From an uncultured Verrucomicrobiae bacterium (GTDB taxonomy: Bacteria; Verrucomicrobiota; Verrucomicrobiia; Limisphaerales; JAFGQR01), in contig CAWBHS010000099.1 of NCBI GenBank assembly GCA_963788655.1, positions 32,001-96,000 of the forward strand: a stretch of DNA of 64,000 nt. Reading direction: 5' to 3'. The position numbers were made by a program, and so were the translations under genes. The notes below the pieces were generated by a model, which saw nothing but the letters and a program-made list of their open reading frames with translations, had not been told where the DNA came from and did no database searches. Shown piece by piece: positions 1 to 11,311 of the stretch; position 1 is the first letter of the stretch; every line of letters begins with the position of its first letter.

Positions 1-1398
1 ACCAATGACGCTTCACTGCTGGCTGCCATGTCCAGCAAGGGAGAGCTCGATTCGGAAACGTTATTCGCCATTCTTAATTCTGGATACCCGTGGGGCGGGC
101 TGACGTTATTCCGTGATATCCGTATCCTAATGCCAGGTTCGTTGCTTGAGTGGCGAGACGGAAAAGCCACAGAAAGACATTATTTCTCTGAGAAGGATGC
201 TCCAACTGTTGCCCCATTTGCTTCGGAGGCTGACGTGCTGGAAGAATTAGACCGGGCTTTGCTCGCCACGAGGTCGCGGCGCAATCGCTGGCTAATTCCA
301 ATGAGCGGCGGCGTGGACTCTCGGTTGATCGCCATTCGAGCGCACCAACTGGGAATTTCCTTCGAAGCCGTCACCATAACTGGAAGGATCGGGAAACAGG
401 CGCGAGGCAGCGATTTCGATATTGCCCAGCGGTTGGCTGAGCGGCTTGGGGTCAAGCACCATCAGTGGGAGTGGTGTTCCGGGGATGTCGATCCGATCGA
501 CAACGTAAAATCGCTCGCGGTGTTATCGGGAGGGATGAACAGCGCACTGTTTACTTACCTCGACGGAATGAATGGCTGGCGCGATGTCGTCGCCAGTTTT
601 GACTGCGCGGTGCGAGGCGACGAGACGTTCGGCTGGGACCAGTTCTCGTGGTCAGCAGCGCACGCGTTGCACGTGTTAAACGTGCATGCTCACGACTGGC
701 TGGGCACATTCACGAATCCGGAAGGCAGTCCATTGTCAAATGCTTCAGCGGCAGACGTGCTGGCAGCAACAACCGGGTTTACCCCGACTCTGCGCGGTCG
801 CAAGGCTGACGCTTGGAAGCAGGCTTTTTATTGGCAAACGCGCATACCCCGGTTCGTATTACCGGTAGCGCGGTGGCAAGCCCTTCATGTTCCCATGGAG
901 TTTCCGTTCCTGGAACGGCGCTTCATTCACCGAATGCACCAGACGGAACCAGCATTACGTGCTGACAAGCGGATCATTCGCGACACGCTAAGGCTAGTGA
1001 GCGAACAGGTTGAGGGGGTGGGGCGGATTCCTTTCTCCACCAGCCGCTCTTTTATGCCTGCAGAGCCATGGCAGAATCTCCTTGTTGGGCATCAGCAAGA
1101 CATTCAGGATATCCTGAGGATCTCGTCGCCATTAGATGCGTTCGTGGACAAAGGCGCCTTGGCGAATGCAATGACGGTCAGTGATCCGCCTCAGTATGAG
1201 GAATGTTCGGCACCCCCTTCCGAGCCATTCTCCCGTCGCCTGAGGCGTCGGTTCAAGGGAGTGGCAAATCTCTTAGGCGTATTCCCGAGAACACACGTTC
1301 CGCTGGCTTTGATTGTCCCCCGCGTTTTGTCGCTGCAATTGTTTTTGTTGCACGCGCCGAAAGACCTCCCGCAGCAGGCAAATTCCCTCAATAGTTGA
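1..1398 (+). CDS. Asparagine synthase-related (PP-loop) protein, 5'-truncated by the window edge
   Basis: The frame is open from base 1. It has the PP-loop IPMSGGVDSRLI, the GATase-to-synthase junction pattern TLFRDIRILMPG, and RGDETFG and FPFLERRF motifs. Confidence 0.75.
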   Translation, partial: TNDASLLAAMSSKGELDSETLFAILNSGYPWGGLTLFRDIRILMPGSLLEWRDGKATERHYFSEKDAPTVAPFASEADVLEELDRALLATRSRRNRWLIPMSGGVDSRLIAIRAHQLGISFEAVTITGRIGKQARGSDFDIAQRLAERLGVKHHQWEWCSGDVDPIDNVKSLAVLSGGMNSALFTYLDGMNGWRDVVASFDCAVRGDETFGWDQFSWSAAHALHVLNVHAHDWLGTFTNPEGSPLSNASAADVLAATTGFTPTLRGRKADAWKQAFYWQTRIPRFVLPVARWQALHVPMEFPFLERRFIHRMHQTEPALRADKRIIRDTLRLVSEQVEGVGRIPFSTSRSFMPAEPWQNLLVGHQQDIQDILRISSPLDAFVDKGALANAMTVSDPPQYEECSAPPSEPFSRRLRRRFKGVANLLGVFPRTHVPLALIVPRVLSLQLFLLHAPKDLPQQANSLNS

Positions 1399-1404
1399 TA
1401 TGCA

Positions 1405-1770
1405 ATGCTAATGAAGTGCTCCGTGAAAGGCGGTTTTGAATGCGCGCTCAGCGATGCGATGTTGCTGGGCCGACCAATCGTGGCGCCGAATGCGGGCAGC
1501 GCGTCGGAACTGGTGCAGCATGGCGAAACCGGCCTCCTCTATGACGCCGGCAAAGCGCACCAACTCGCCAGTCACTTGAATTACCTGCTCGAACATCCGA
1601 CCGAACGTTACCGGTTGGGAGTGAATGCCCGCCGATTGAGCCGCAGATTGTTTGGGGTCAATCAAATGGTGGCACAAACCGAGCAGATCTACCAAGCGCT
1701 GGCGGAGCAAAAGCTCCCGAAGCGAATGATCGAGTTTCCCGTGGCCGAGCCGGTCGCCCGGGCGGCGTAA
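1405..1770 (+). pseudogene. Glycosyltransferase GT4 (GT-B) C-terminal fragment
   Basis: DAMLLGRPIVAPNAGSASELVQHGETGLL matches the GT4 nucleotide-binding half. The ORF is only 121 aa, has no N-terminal domain, and the E-x7-E motif is degenerate. Confidence 0.6.
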
Positions 1771-1829
1771 CGATTGGCAAACGTTGGAGGAATGGAACCA
1801 GCCACACCATTGGAACGGCAGGCCCACCG

Positions 1830-1978
1830 TCGCGCCAGCGTTTGGAGTGCGTCCGGCTTGCCGGCGCTTTCGAATAAAGCATAGGCGGTCAAGTTCTCCC
1901 GGACACCCCCTTGTTGTCGCCCGGTCATTTGCAACCGAAAGCGGGAGCAAGCTCCCCGCACTCCAAACGCTGGCGCGA
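1830..1978. repeat. REP-like inverted doublet, family A (TCGCGCCAGCGTTTGGAGTGCG...GCTTTCG)
   Basis: 43-bp arms at 1830-1872 and 1936-1978 are reverse complements apart from their internal hairpins. Confidence 0.85.
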
Positions 1979-2004
1979 CATTCGCAGTTCATTCGATTCA
2001 CACA

Positions 2005-2459
2005 GGGGAGCGCGCCCGCCTCGGGCGCCGTCAACGGCGCCTCGCCGTTGACTCGAATGGAACCGGGCGAGCGGACCACTCGGCACCCTCCCCGCCATCG
2101 ATCTCCGGTGCGAGGCGCACCGGAGGACAGGCGAGGCGCCTGTGCTACCCAATTCAGACTGGGATGCGCGGTCGCCTCGGGCGCTGTCAACGGCGCCTCG
2201 CCGTTGACTCGAATGGAACCGGGCGAGCGAACCACGCGGCACCCTCCCCGCCATCAATCTCCGGTGCGAGGCGCACCGGAGGACAGGCGAGGCGCCTGTG
2301 CTACCCAATTCAGACTGGGATGCGCGGTCGCCTCGGGCGCCGTCAACGGCGCCTCGCCGTTGACACGGATGGGACGCGGCGTTCGAATTGACGCACGGCT
2401 CACGATTCGAACACCGGTGCGAGGCGCACCGGTGGACGGGCGGGGCGCCCGTCCCACCC
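2005..2459. repeat. Tandem array of three palindromic units with 156-bp period (BIME-like)
   Basis: Units start at 2005, 2161 and 2317. Each carries GCCTCGGGCGCYGTCAACGGCGCCTCGCCGTTGAC and CCGGTGCGAGGCGCACCGG. The third unit has a different spacer. Confidence 0.9.
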
Positions 2460-2468
2460 AACCGCAGT

Positions 2469-4235
2469 TCAAGGGGCGGGCGTCAGCTTGATGGCTTTGA
2501 GGTTGATCGGACTAAATCCGCTCCGGACCGGTTTGACTGCCAACGAAGCTTTTCCCGCCGACGGCAGTTCGACGGTGCCCAATTCGACGGTTTTGAACTG
2601 GGCATAATCCCCCGTCACCGGAGCCGTGCCCGACAGCTTCTGGTTGGCCAACGTGAGTTCAAACTTCCCGGCGCCCATCGCGGCGATGTCGGCGGCCACG
2701 TTGAACTTGCCGGGCTTGGTGACCTTGAACTGCCACTCCACCCATTCATTGGGATCGGTCCAGAAACCAATGTTATCTTTGCCGCCACCGCTTTCGTATT
2801 TCAGGTTGCTTCCGTGCAGAATCGCTTCGGCCGCGGGAAGCTTCAGCAAACCGTTGGCCGCTTGCGTCAGCAGAATGGGCTCGATATTCAAGTCCCCTTT
2901 CACCTTAAGGACCACCGTCGAGGAAATCTTGTCGGGCGCATTTGCCGGCACGTTAACCGTGACGCCTGCGTCATCGGCCTTCGTGGTGAGCTTGGCGCCG
3001 GTGGCCAGCAGTGAGGCGGATTCAACCGTGCTCTTCAAACCCGGCACGAGCAGTTTGCCGTCGTCCGGCCAATTGAAGACGTGCAGGTACAGGGTCGCGC
3101 CATCGGCCTCGAGTTTCTTGGTGCATCGGCCCCAGGGCAGACGTTTGAACGGGCTGGCAGTGGTGTCGTAGATGGCCTCACTGTTGACCTTCATCCAACG
3201 GCCCACGGCTTTGAGGCGTTCGACGGACGGCTCCGGAATCAGCCCTTCGGATGTGGGTCCCACGTTGAGCAGGTAATTGCCGCCTTTGCTGGCGATATCG
3301 ACCAGGTTGCGGATGAGAGTTTCCACCGGTTTCCAATTATTGTCGTAGCTCTTGTAACCCCACGTGTCGTTCATGGTCATGCATGTTTCCCAATCGCGAC
3401 CGGGATAACCCGTGGCCGGGATGTGCTGTTCGGGAGTTTCGGTGTCGCCGCTATATCCGCCGCCAAGGCGGTTGTTGATAATGATGCCGGGTTGCAGCCG
3501 GATGAGCGGCAGCAGCATATCAGCGCGTTCCTTGTTCATCCCGCAGGGCGTGTCCCACCACAGCACGGCGATGGGGCCGTAATGACTGAGGATTTCCTGC
3601 ACCTGCGGCGCGGCGACTTTGGCGATGTATTCATCCATGCTGCCGTCCTGGGCCGGGTCCCAATGCTGGCCGCAGACGCCGCCGCCGGGATTGTTCCAGT
3701 CCTGCGCCTGTGAGTAATAAAACCCGAGCTTGAGGCCGTGACGTTGACAGGCCTCAGCCAGCGGCTTGAGCAAATCCTTGCCGTATGGCGTCGCCTTCAC
3801 GACGTTCCAATCCGAAGCCTTCGAGTCAAAGAGCGCAAAGCCGTCGTGGTGTTTCGAGGTGATGACGATGTATTTCATGCCCGCTTCCTTGGCGAGCTTC
3901 ACCCACTCGTCGGGATTGTATTTGACGGGATTGAATTGCTTGGCAAAGCCCTGGTATTCGGCGCAGGGAATTTTGGCGCGGAACATGATCCACTCACCGA
4001 TGCCGCCCACTTTCTCGCCGTGATACGTGCCGGCGGGCACCGAATAAACGCCCCAGTGGATGAACATCCCGAAGCGCGCCTCGCGCCACCATTTCATGCG
4101 GGCGTCGCGCTGGGCTGGAGTTTCGTTGGCATACGGATTGGCCGAATCGTTGGCAGCCGCCGGAGCTGCCGGGAGGTTGCCGGTAAACATGCCGACTGCC
4201 AGAATCGTGGAGAGGAACAATGATGTCTTTTTCAT
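2469..4235 (-). CDS. Alpha-L-fucosidase (GH29) with C-terminal carbohydrate-binding-like domain
   Basis: Motifs WWREARFGMFIHWG, ITSKHHDGF, LWWDTP, WETCMTMNDTWGY and GGNYLLNVGP. A signal peptide begins at MKKTSLFL (ATG 4235). Confidence 0.93.
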   Translation of the reverse strand: MKKTSLFLSTILAVGMFTGNLPAAPAAANDSANPYANETPAQRDARMKWWREARFGMFIHWGVYSVPAGTYHGEKVGGIGEWIMFRAKIPCAEYQGFAKQFNPVKYNPDEWVKLAKEAGMKYIVITSKHHDGFALFDSKASDWNVVKATPYGKDLLKPLAEACQRHGLKLGFYYSQAQDWNNPGGGVCGQHWDPAQDGSMDEYIAKVAAPQVQEILSHYGPIAVLWWDTPCGMNKERADMLLPLIRLQPGIIINNRLGGGYSGDTETPEQHIPATGYPGRDWETCMTMNDTWGYKSYDNNWKPVETLIRNLVDIASKGGNYLLNVGPTSEGLIPEPSVERLKAVGRWMKVNSEAIYDTTASPFKRLPWGRCTKKLEADGATLYLHVFNWPDDGKLLVPGLKSTVESASLLATGAKLTTKADDAGVTVNVPANAPDKISSTVVLKVKGDLNIEPILLTQAANGLLKLPAAEAILHGSNLKYESGGGKDNIGFWTDPNEWVEWQFKVTKPGKFNVAADIAAMGAGKFELTLANQKLSGTAPVTGDYAQFKTVELGTVELPSAGKASLAVKPVRSGFSPINLKAIKLTPAP

Positions 4236-4751
4236 AGTGTCAGTTGCCAGTTTCCTCCGGCGCAGCCAGAGCACAAGCAAAACCTGCGGCCTTGCGTCTG
4301 GGAAAACGTTTTCCCAATTAATTCAGAAGGCTTCCAGTCAGCCCTTCCCAAGGATGGAAGTAACTTCAAAACCCGGAGTCCAAAGCAAATCGCCCGCATC
4401 CGCCGGCAGACCGAACGCGGTGAGTCGCAGCGAATGGTAGTTGATGGGACGAATGCACCCGCCACATTCGTTCCTGTCAGGGGGAACGTCGGCACCCGGT
4501 TGAAAGTGCGTTCCCGCAGGCACAAAATCCTCCCCTTCCAACCGCCAAAAATTAACACTTGTGAAGTTGATTTTATGCGGGATTCAGGAGATGATTCTTG
4601 ACCTTGCCGATCCCGAACTGCACCGACGGCCTGTGGTTCGCTTCGGCAAGAATTGCACCGGTACAGCCCGTTTTTGTGGCCGGCAAGCTGATCCCTGTGG
4701 TCCGCAAACTCCGGAAATTGGGCGATCGAAACATTGCCGTCACCGCCGACT

Positions 4752-7700
4752 ATGAAGTTAAGAATTGTTGTCAGCCTCTCGCTCCTGGGAATTGTCGCCC
4801 TAATTTATTGGGTTGGCATAGCGCCCCAGGTCGGACCGCTTCCACGTCCGCTTCCGGTACCATCGCCCCCCCAAGCTACTGCGCCCGACCAAGCCGACCA
4901 AGCCCCGCTGCTCAGCCAGTCCGCGGCACCGACACCGACAAGCCCATCCCCTTCCCCGACGGTTGAATCGTCCGTGGTCGGTTCCGCCCCGAACCCGCCC
5001 ACCGCGTGGCAACCGTCGCCCGCCGGCCGCGAGTTCGCCGCCTTCGCCGATTGGGTCGCGCGTTATCGTCAGGCGGCAGCGGGGGCCAAGCCTGCTTTGG
5101 AAGCCGAAGGCAAGGTGGTAGCCCGCGCGCGCCTCACCGCGCTGGCCAACCTGATCCAAACCAATCCAGAACAGGCGCTGCAACAGGCCGTTCCGCAACC
5201 CGTGCGGGAGCTGCTGCCCGACGCCATCCAGCCGCTGCTCGAAGAACCGGTGAACACTCGCGGCGACTTTGAAGTGTATTGTGTGCTGCCGGTGGATGGC
5301 CAACCCGCCACGCCCATGGTGCGCGTGGCCACGATCAACGGTGAGCAATACCGAGTCTTCACCTACGACCAGGGGCTGGAGCAAGTGACCCGGCCTAACG
5401 TGCCCTTGAACGGCATCGCCGTGCCTGCCGCCGCGGCAACCACACCGCCTGCTGCTCCTTCCTCCAATCCAACGCATCTGATGGCCATGGCTCCCAGTCC
5501 GGTGCGCTATCTGAATTCCGACGAACTCGCCGCCTATCTGGCCACGCAAGCCACCGAACCACGGTGTACCGTCACGGGCCAACCCTGTTCGGCCAACGGC
5601 GAACCGGCCGCCCTCCAGTTTGGCGGCACAATCTATCCGTTCAGCAGCCTGGCCCTCGCGACAGAATGGGCCGCCGACACGATCAACGGCGAGGCCTTGG
5701 ACGTGCCCGTGGCGCCGGACAACCTGCCCACCGGCGCGAACACGTACACCGAAGGCCGGAAACGATTCATGGTCTTCCGCGTGGATTTTCCGGACTACGA
5801 AGGTGAAGTGATGACCACTAATGACGCGCTGTCGTTGATGCTCAATTTTAGCAATTTCATGGCGGAGGTGTCGTACGACAATCTCATCGTCGCTCCGGTC
5901 GGCGAAGGTTCCGACATCACCCCGACGATGCGGTTGCCCAACAACGCGGAATCGTACGCCAGCATGGGGACGTTTCTGAATGCCTGTTGGACCGAAGCGA
6001 CCGCCCGGGGCTACGACAAGTCCCAATACGATTTCTGGTTCGTCTGTACTGCGGGCAAACCCAACGCCAGTTTTGCGGGGCTGGGTTACGTGGGCGGGGT
6101 GGGCTTCTGGCTGGCCAACCGGTATTGGAATGTGCGGACCTGCGCGCACGAATACGGTCACAACCTCGGCCTGAGCCACGCCAACTGGTGGAACACCGGC
6201 GGGCACAGCATGCTGGGCGACGGTAGCAGCGAGGAATATGGTGATCCGTTCGACACCATGGGCAGCAGCGGCGGCGGCATCCGGCACTTCAGTTCGTACA
6301 ACAAAAACAAGATCGATTGGATTCCCGACCGCGATTGTCCCACCGTCACGCAAAGCGGACGCTTCCGAATTTACGCGCACGACATGGGCGCGCCGGTCGG
6401 ACTGCGCGGCTTGCGCTTCGACCGGCCCTCGGGCGGCGATTATTGGGTGGAGTTCCGTCAACTATGGACCTCTTACAAGGCGCTGATGAACGGCGTCAGC
6501 CTGCGCTGGGTGGGCGGCAGCACCACGCTGCTGGATTTCACACCCGGCTCGTCGGCGGGCAAGGACGATCACCCGATCACCATCGGGCGCACGTTCACCG
6601 ATACGAATTTGAATTTGAACCTCACCCCGATTGGCACAGGCCACACGCACCCGGAGTCCATGGACGTGGTCGTCAATATCGGCACCTTCCCCGGTAATCG
6701 GCCGCCAACGCTCGTGGCTCACGCGAGCGCCCTCGCCGCCGGTGCCGGTCAAACCCTCACCTTCACCGCCGATGCCGCCGACGCGGACGGGGACACGCTG
6801 GCGTATTTCTGGGACTTCGGAGACGGCGATTACAGCGTCGATAATCAGGCCGCCACCACCCACAGTTTTGGCAGCCAGGGAGAATACGTCGCCCAATGCA
6901 CCGTCAGCGACATGAAGGGCGGCCAGGCCAGCGAATCCGTCATCGTGCGCGTGGATACCCCGACCACTTACAGCATTCACGGCCACGTTCTGCAAACCAA
7001 CGGCCTGCCGCTGGTGGGCATCAAAGTCTCAGTGAACTCCTCGCACTATGCGTTCACGGAAAGCGACGGCAGTTATACCATCACCGGGTTGGGAGCGGGC
7101 AATTATGTGGTCACGCCCATTGAACCGGTCTATGGCCAACTCATCTTTTTGCCCGCGTTCTGGGACAATCCAATCGTGGTGCCGACCTCAATCACCGCGG
7201 ATTTCATCGCCCGCCTGGATTCGTCGGCGGTGTACACGCCGCTCCTCGCCCGAGAGTCCGAATGGAAATACCTCGATGACGGCTCGGATCAAGGCACGAA
7301 CTGGCGGATGCCGGCCTTTGACGATTCGAGTTGGGCCAGTGGCCGCGGGATTTTGGGTTACCCGGCCGACGACGTGCGCACGGAATTGCATTACGGGACC
7401 GATCCCGGCAACAAATTCATCACCTATTATTTCCGCAAGACCATCAACCTGCCGGACGCCGCCACCTATACGAACCTCCTGGCAGAAATCGTCCACGATG
7501 ACGGCGTGATCTTGTATCTGAACGGCATCGAAGCCTATCGCGACAACCTGCCGTCGGGCACGGTGACTGCCAGCACCCTGGCCAACACGGCCATTTCCGG
7601 CGGCGACGAGACCACCTACTTCGCCGCCAACCTCGACGCGTCGCTGCTGGTGCCGGGCACCAATGTGTTGGCCGTGGAAATTCACCAGGCCCAACCGGAC

Positions 7701-10700
7701 AGCAGTGACATTGGTTTCGATCTGGGGTTGAGCGGTCTTAGCATCTCCAATTCCGTGGGCATGAACCTGGCCTACATCACGTATCCGGAAAAGAATCAGA
7801 CCTTCACCACCCCGGTTTCGCGGTTGATCAACGCCACGGCCATCAGCCAAAACAGCCCGGTTACACAGGTGGACTTCTACGACAACAACGTGCTGCTGGG
7901 CACGGATCCGATCGGGCCGGGTACACCTACTTCTGGCGCCTGCCCGCGGAAGGGCCGCATACCCTGCACATTGTGGCGACGCTGGAGAGCGGTCTGCAAC
8001 TGACTTCCCCCCCCGTCAATGTCACGGTCACCACTCCTGCACCACCCCCCATTTCGCAGTCGTTAATCGCCACCAATACGGTGTGGAAATATTTTACCGG
8101 TCCTTCTGGTGCCCCGGCCAACTGGGAGCAACCCGGATTCGACGACGCCATGTGGCCCGCCGGCCCGGCCGAATTGGGCTATGGCGAGCAGGATGAGGCC
8201 ACCGCCGTTCCTTACGGCAACGATCCCAACAACAAATGGATCACCACCTATTTCCGCCGCACCTTCGAGGTCAATGATCCGGCGGCGGTAACCAATCTAG
8301 ACTTCCTGCTCAAGCGCGACGATGGTGCCCGCGTCTATCTCAACGGCCACGAAATCCTCCGGGACGACCTGCCCGAAGGCGACCTTACGCCGGACACCCT
8401 CGCCTCGGAAGCGGTGAGCGACGATGGCAAGAACTTCTATCATTTCACTCTCGATCCGGCGATGCTGGTGAACGGCCCTAATATGCTCGCGGTGGAGATT
8501 CACCAATCCGCTCCCACCACCTCCGACTTAAGTTTCGACGCCGCGCTTGATGCGCTGTTGACGGCCAACCGGACGCCGGGCATCTGGTTTACCGGCCCGG
8601 CACCGGGCAGCACTTTTTCCCTGCCCGGCACGGTCAGCCTGACGGCGGAGGTAACGACCGCGGCTTCGTATGGAATCACCCGCGTCGAGTTCTTTGACCG
8701 CGACACCAAAATTGGCGAAGACACCGCCGGACCGTTCGCTTTCGATTGGTACAATCCACCCGCCGGCTCACACGTGCTCAACGCGGTTGCCACGGACACG
8801 GTCGGGGGCTCGTTCACCAGTGCGCCGGTGAACATCACCGTCACGGCCCCGCCGGTTGGCAGCGCATTGGTTTCTCTCGGAGCCACCTGGAAATATCTCG
8901 ACAACGGATCAGACCCCGGCCCCGAGTGGACGACCGGCGCTTTTTCAGATCAAACGTGGAAATCCGGTCCCGCTCGACTGGGTTACGGAGGTGACGGCGA
9001 AGTTACCACCATCAACGCGGGACCCAGTCCCGAAGAGCGCTACGTCACCGCCTACTTCCGGCGTCAGTTCACGTTGGACAATCCGGCGCTCCTGGACGGT
9101 TTGCTGCTGCGGTTGGTGCGCGACGATGGGGCGGTGATTTACTTGAATGGCACGGAAGTCTTCCGTGACAATCTTCAGGCCGGGCCGGTGAGTTTCAATT
9201 CTCTGGCCACCAGCACCGTCGGGGGCGCCGAGGAAACCACTCCGGTGGAAGTCGTGCTGCCCCTGGACGCAATGGTGCCGGGGATGAACGTCGTGGCCGC
9301 GGAAATTCACCAGGCCAGCATCACCAGCAGCGACACGGGTTTTGACCTCGAATTGACCGGGCTGGCACGCACCAATACGTTCCAGAACGTGTACCTGGTG
9401 TCGCCGCCCAACGGCGCCCATTTCAACACGCCCGCCAACGTGCTGCTCAGCGCCTACGCCCATGCAGTGGCCGGGCCGATTTCCCTGGTGGAATATTTCG
9501 AAGGCGATACGAAACTGGGTGAAGGCACCGATGCGCCGTACCAGGTCGATTGGAACAATCCCGCTTCCGGCAAGCACACCATCACCGCCATCGCCACCTA
9601 CGGGGCCGGACTGCAAATGACCTCGGCGCCCGTGACCATCGGTCTGGATAGCCCACCGGCGCCCATCCAGCCGGTGGCCGCGACGCTGGTTCCCGCCCAA
9701 TCGGAATGGAAGTATTGGGACAACGCCAATCCTGTCGGGCAGGACTGGCAAAAGCCCGGTTTCGACGACCAAACATGGCCCACGGGCCTGGCCCGTTTCG
9801 GCTGGGGATTCGACGGCGAAATGACACCGATCACCGAGGGCCGCGTCACCCATTATTTTCGGCACTGGTTCAACGTGGATGATCCCGCGCGGTTCACGGG
9901 ATTGATCTTTCAACTTGTGCGGGATGACGGCGCGGTGGTCTATCTCAACGGCCAGGAAATCTACCGCAGCAACCTGCCCACCGGCCTCATTCAACCCAAC
10001 ACCACCGCCAGCACCACCGTGAATCCGCCGGATGAAACCACCTACTTCGAAACGATGGTATCCACCATCGGCTCCGGGCTTGTGGCCGGCAGCAACGTCG
10101 TGGCCGTGGAATTGCACCAGGGCAGCGACACCAGTTCGGATGGCGGCTTCGATTTCCAATTGCTGGCCACCGGCACCACCGAAGGTCGCATTTACCTCAC
10201 GCTGCCGGTCGCTCACCTCGAACTCAACGGCACCGCCGTCGCCCGTCTCGAAGCGGCCGCCCTGGCGCCCACCGGAGCCTCGGTGAGCAAAGTTGAGTTC
10301 TTCATTGACGGGGTGAAAGTTGGCGAAAACTCCACGGCGCCTTATCGCCTTAACTGGATCAACGTCTCGTTCGGTCCGCATTACGTGATGGCGCGGATGA
10401 CGGACAGCCGGGGGGGCGTCCTTGAATCGGAGCCGCGCTCCCTCGTCGTCAGCCCGGAACCGCTCAACGCCGTCTTCATCCCCCGCGGCGCCGTCTGGAA
10501 TTACCTCGACACCGGAGCCAACCTGGGCACGGCCTGGAAGGAACCGGGCTACAATGACGGCTCCTGGTCCAGCGGCCCCGCCCAGTTGGGCTATGGCGAT
10601 AACGGCGAAGTGACCACAATCAGCTATGGCTCCGATGGTAATAACAAACACATCACCACCTATTTCCGCCGGACGTTCGTGCAGCCGCCGGGCGCGGTTT

Positions 10701-11209
10701 TCAGCAGCGTGCTGTTTAACTTGTTGCGGGACGACGGCGCGGTGGTCTGGCTGAACGGCGTGGAAGTGTTCCGCAGCAACATGCCGGGCACTACGATCAA
10801 CTACCTTACCCATGCCTCCGATGCCGTGGGCGGAACCGACGAACAAACCTACTTCGGCACGCCGGTGCCGGTCAGCCATTTGGTCGCGGGAACCAATGTG
10901 GTGGCCGTGGAAATCCACCAGGCCAATGCCACCAGTTCCGACTTAAGCTTCGACCTGGAAGTAATTGGCCAGGGCTACGCCGATGTCACCCAAGTGCCCG
11001 CGCTCGCAATGACCATCGACAACGGCCATATCGAGGTTTCGTGGCCGGTCACAACCACCGATTGGCAACTCTATCGGATGGCCGATCCGCTGGCGCCGCC
11101 GTCCACGTGGACGCTAATATCGGATGATCCGGAGACCGTTAACAATCGCCACGTTATCACCGTCCAGCCCAACGGCGCCAAAGGGTTCTTCCGCCTGGTC
11201 GAACCCTGA
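4752..11209 (+). CDS. Large secreted metzincin (peptidase M11-like) with PKD, five repeated beta-sandwich domains and Ig-like domains; frameshift near 7920
   Basis: HEYGHNLGLSH zinc motif plus EYGDPFDTMG Met-turn, and PKD motif YFWDFGDG. ORFs 4734-8003 and 7973-11209 join into one Ig-like domain (GTDPIGP/YTYFWRLPAEGPHTLHIVATLES). Confidence 0.85.
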
Positions 11210-11311
11210 GGGACTTGGGCGGTAACGCGTGTTTTCGGGTCATTGGATTTTAGCCATTCTCTGGTCAATGGTCCTTGGACATTGATCCTTAAGTTGGAAT
11301 TTGGAACCGAA

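Noticed and set aside
2005..2459. Possible CRISPR array
   Set aside because: Units are 156 bp, the first two spacers are nearly identical, and there are no cas genes. It fits a REP/BIME-type array.
1408..2491. ORFs of 235-275 aa with internal repeats (1784-2491 +, 1408-2235 -)
   Set aside because: They are translations of the palindromic repeats, whose period is a multiple of three, and show no protein-like features.
4447..4515. Two hairpins in the fucosidase/protease divergent region
   Set aside because: The stems are short and imperfect, and there is no second copy or known RNA motif.
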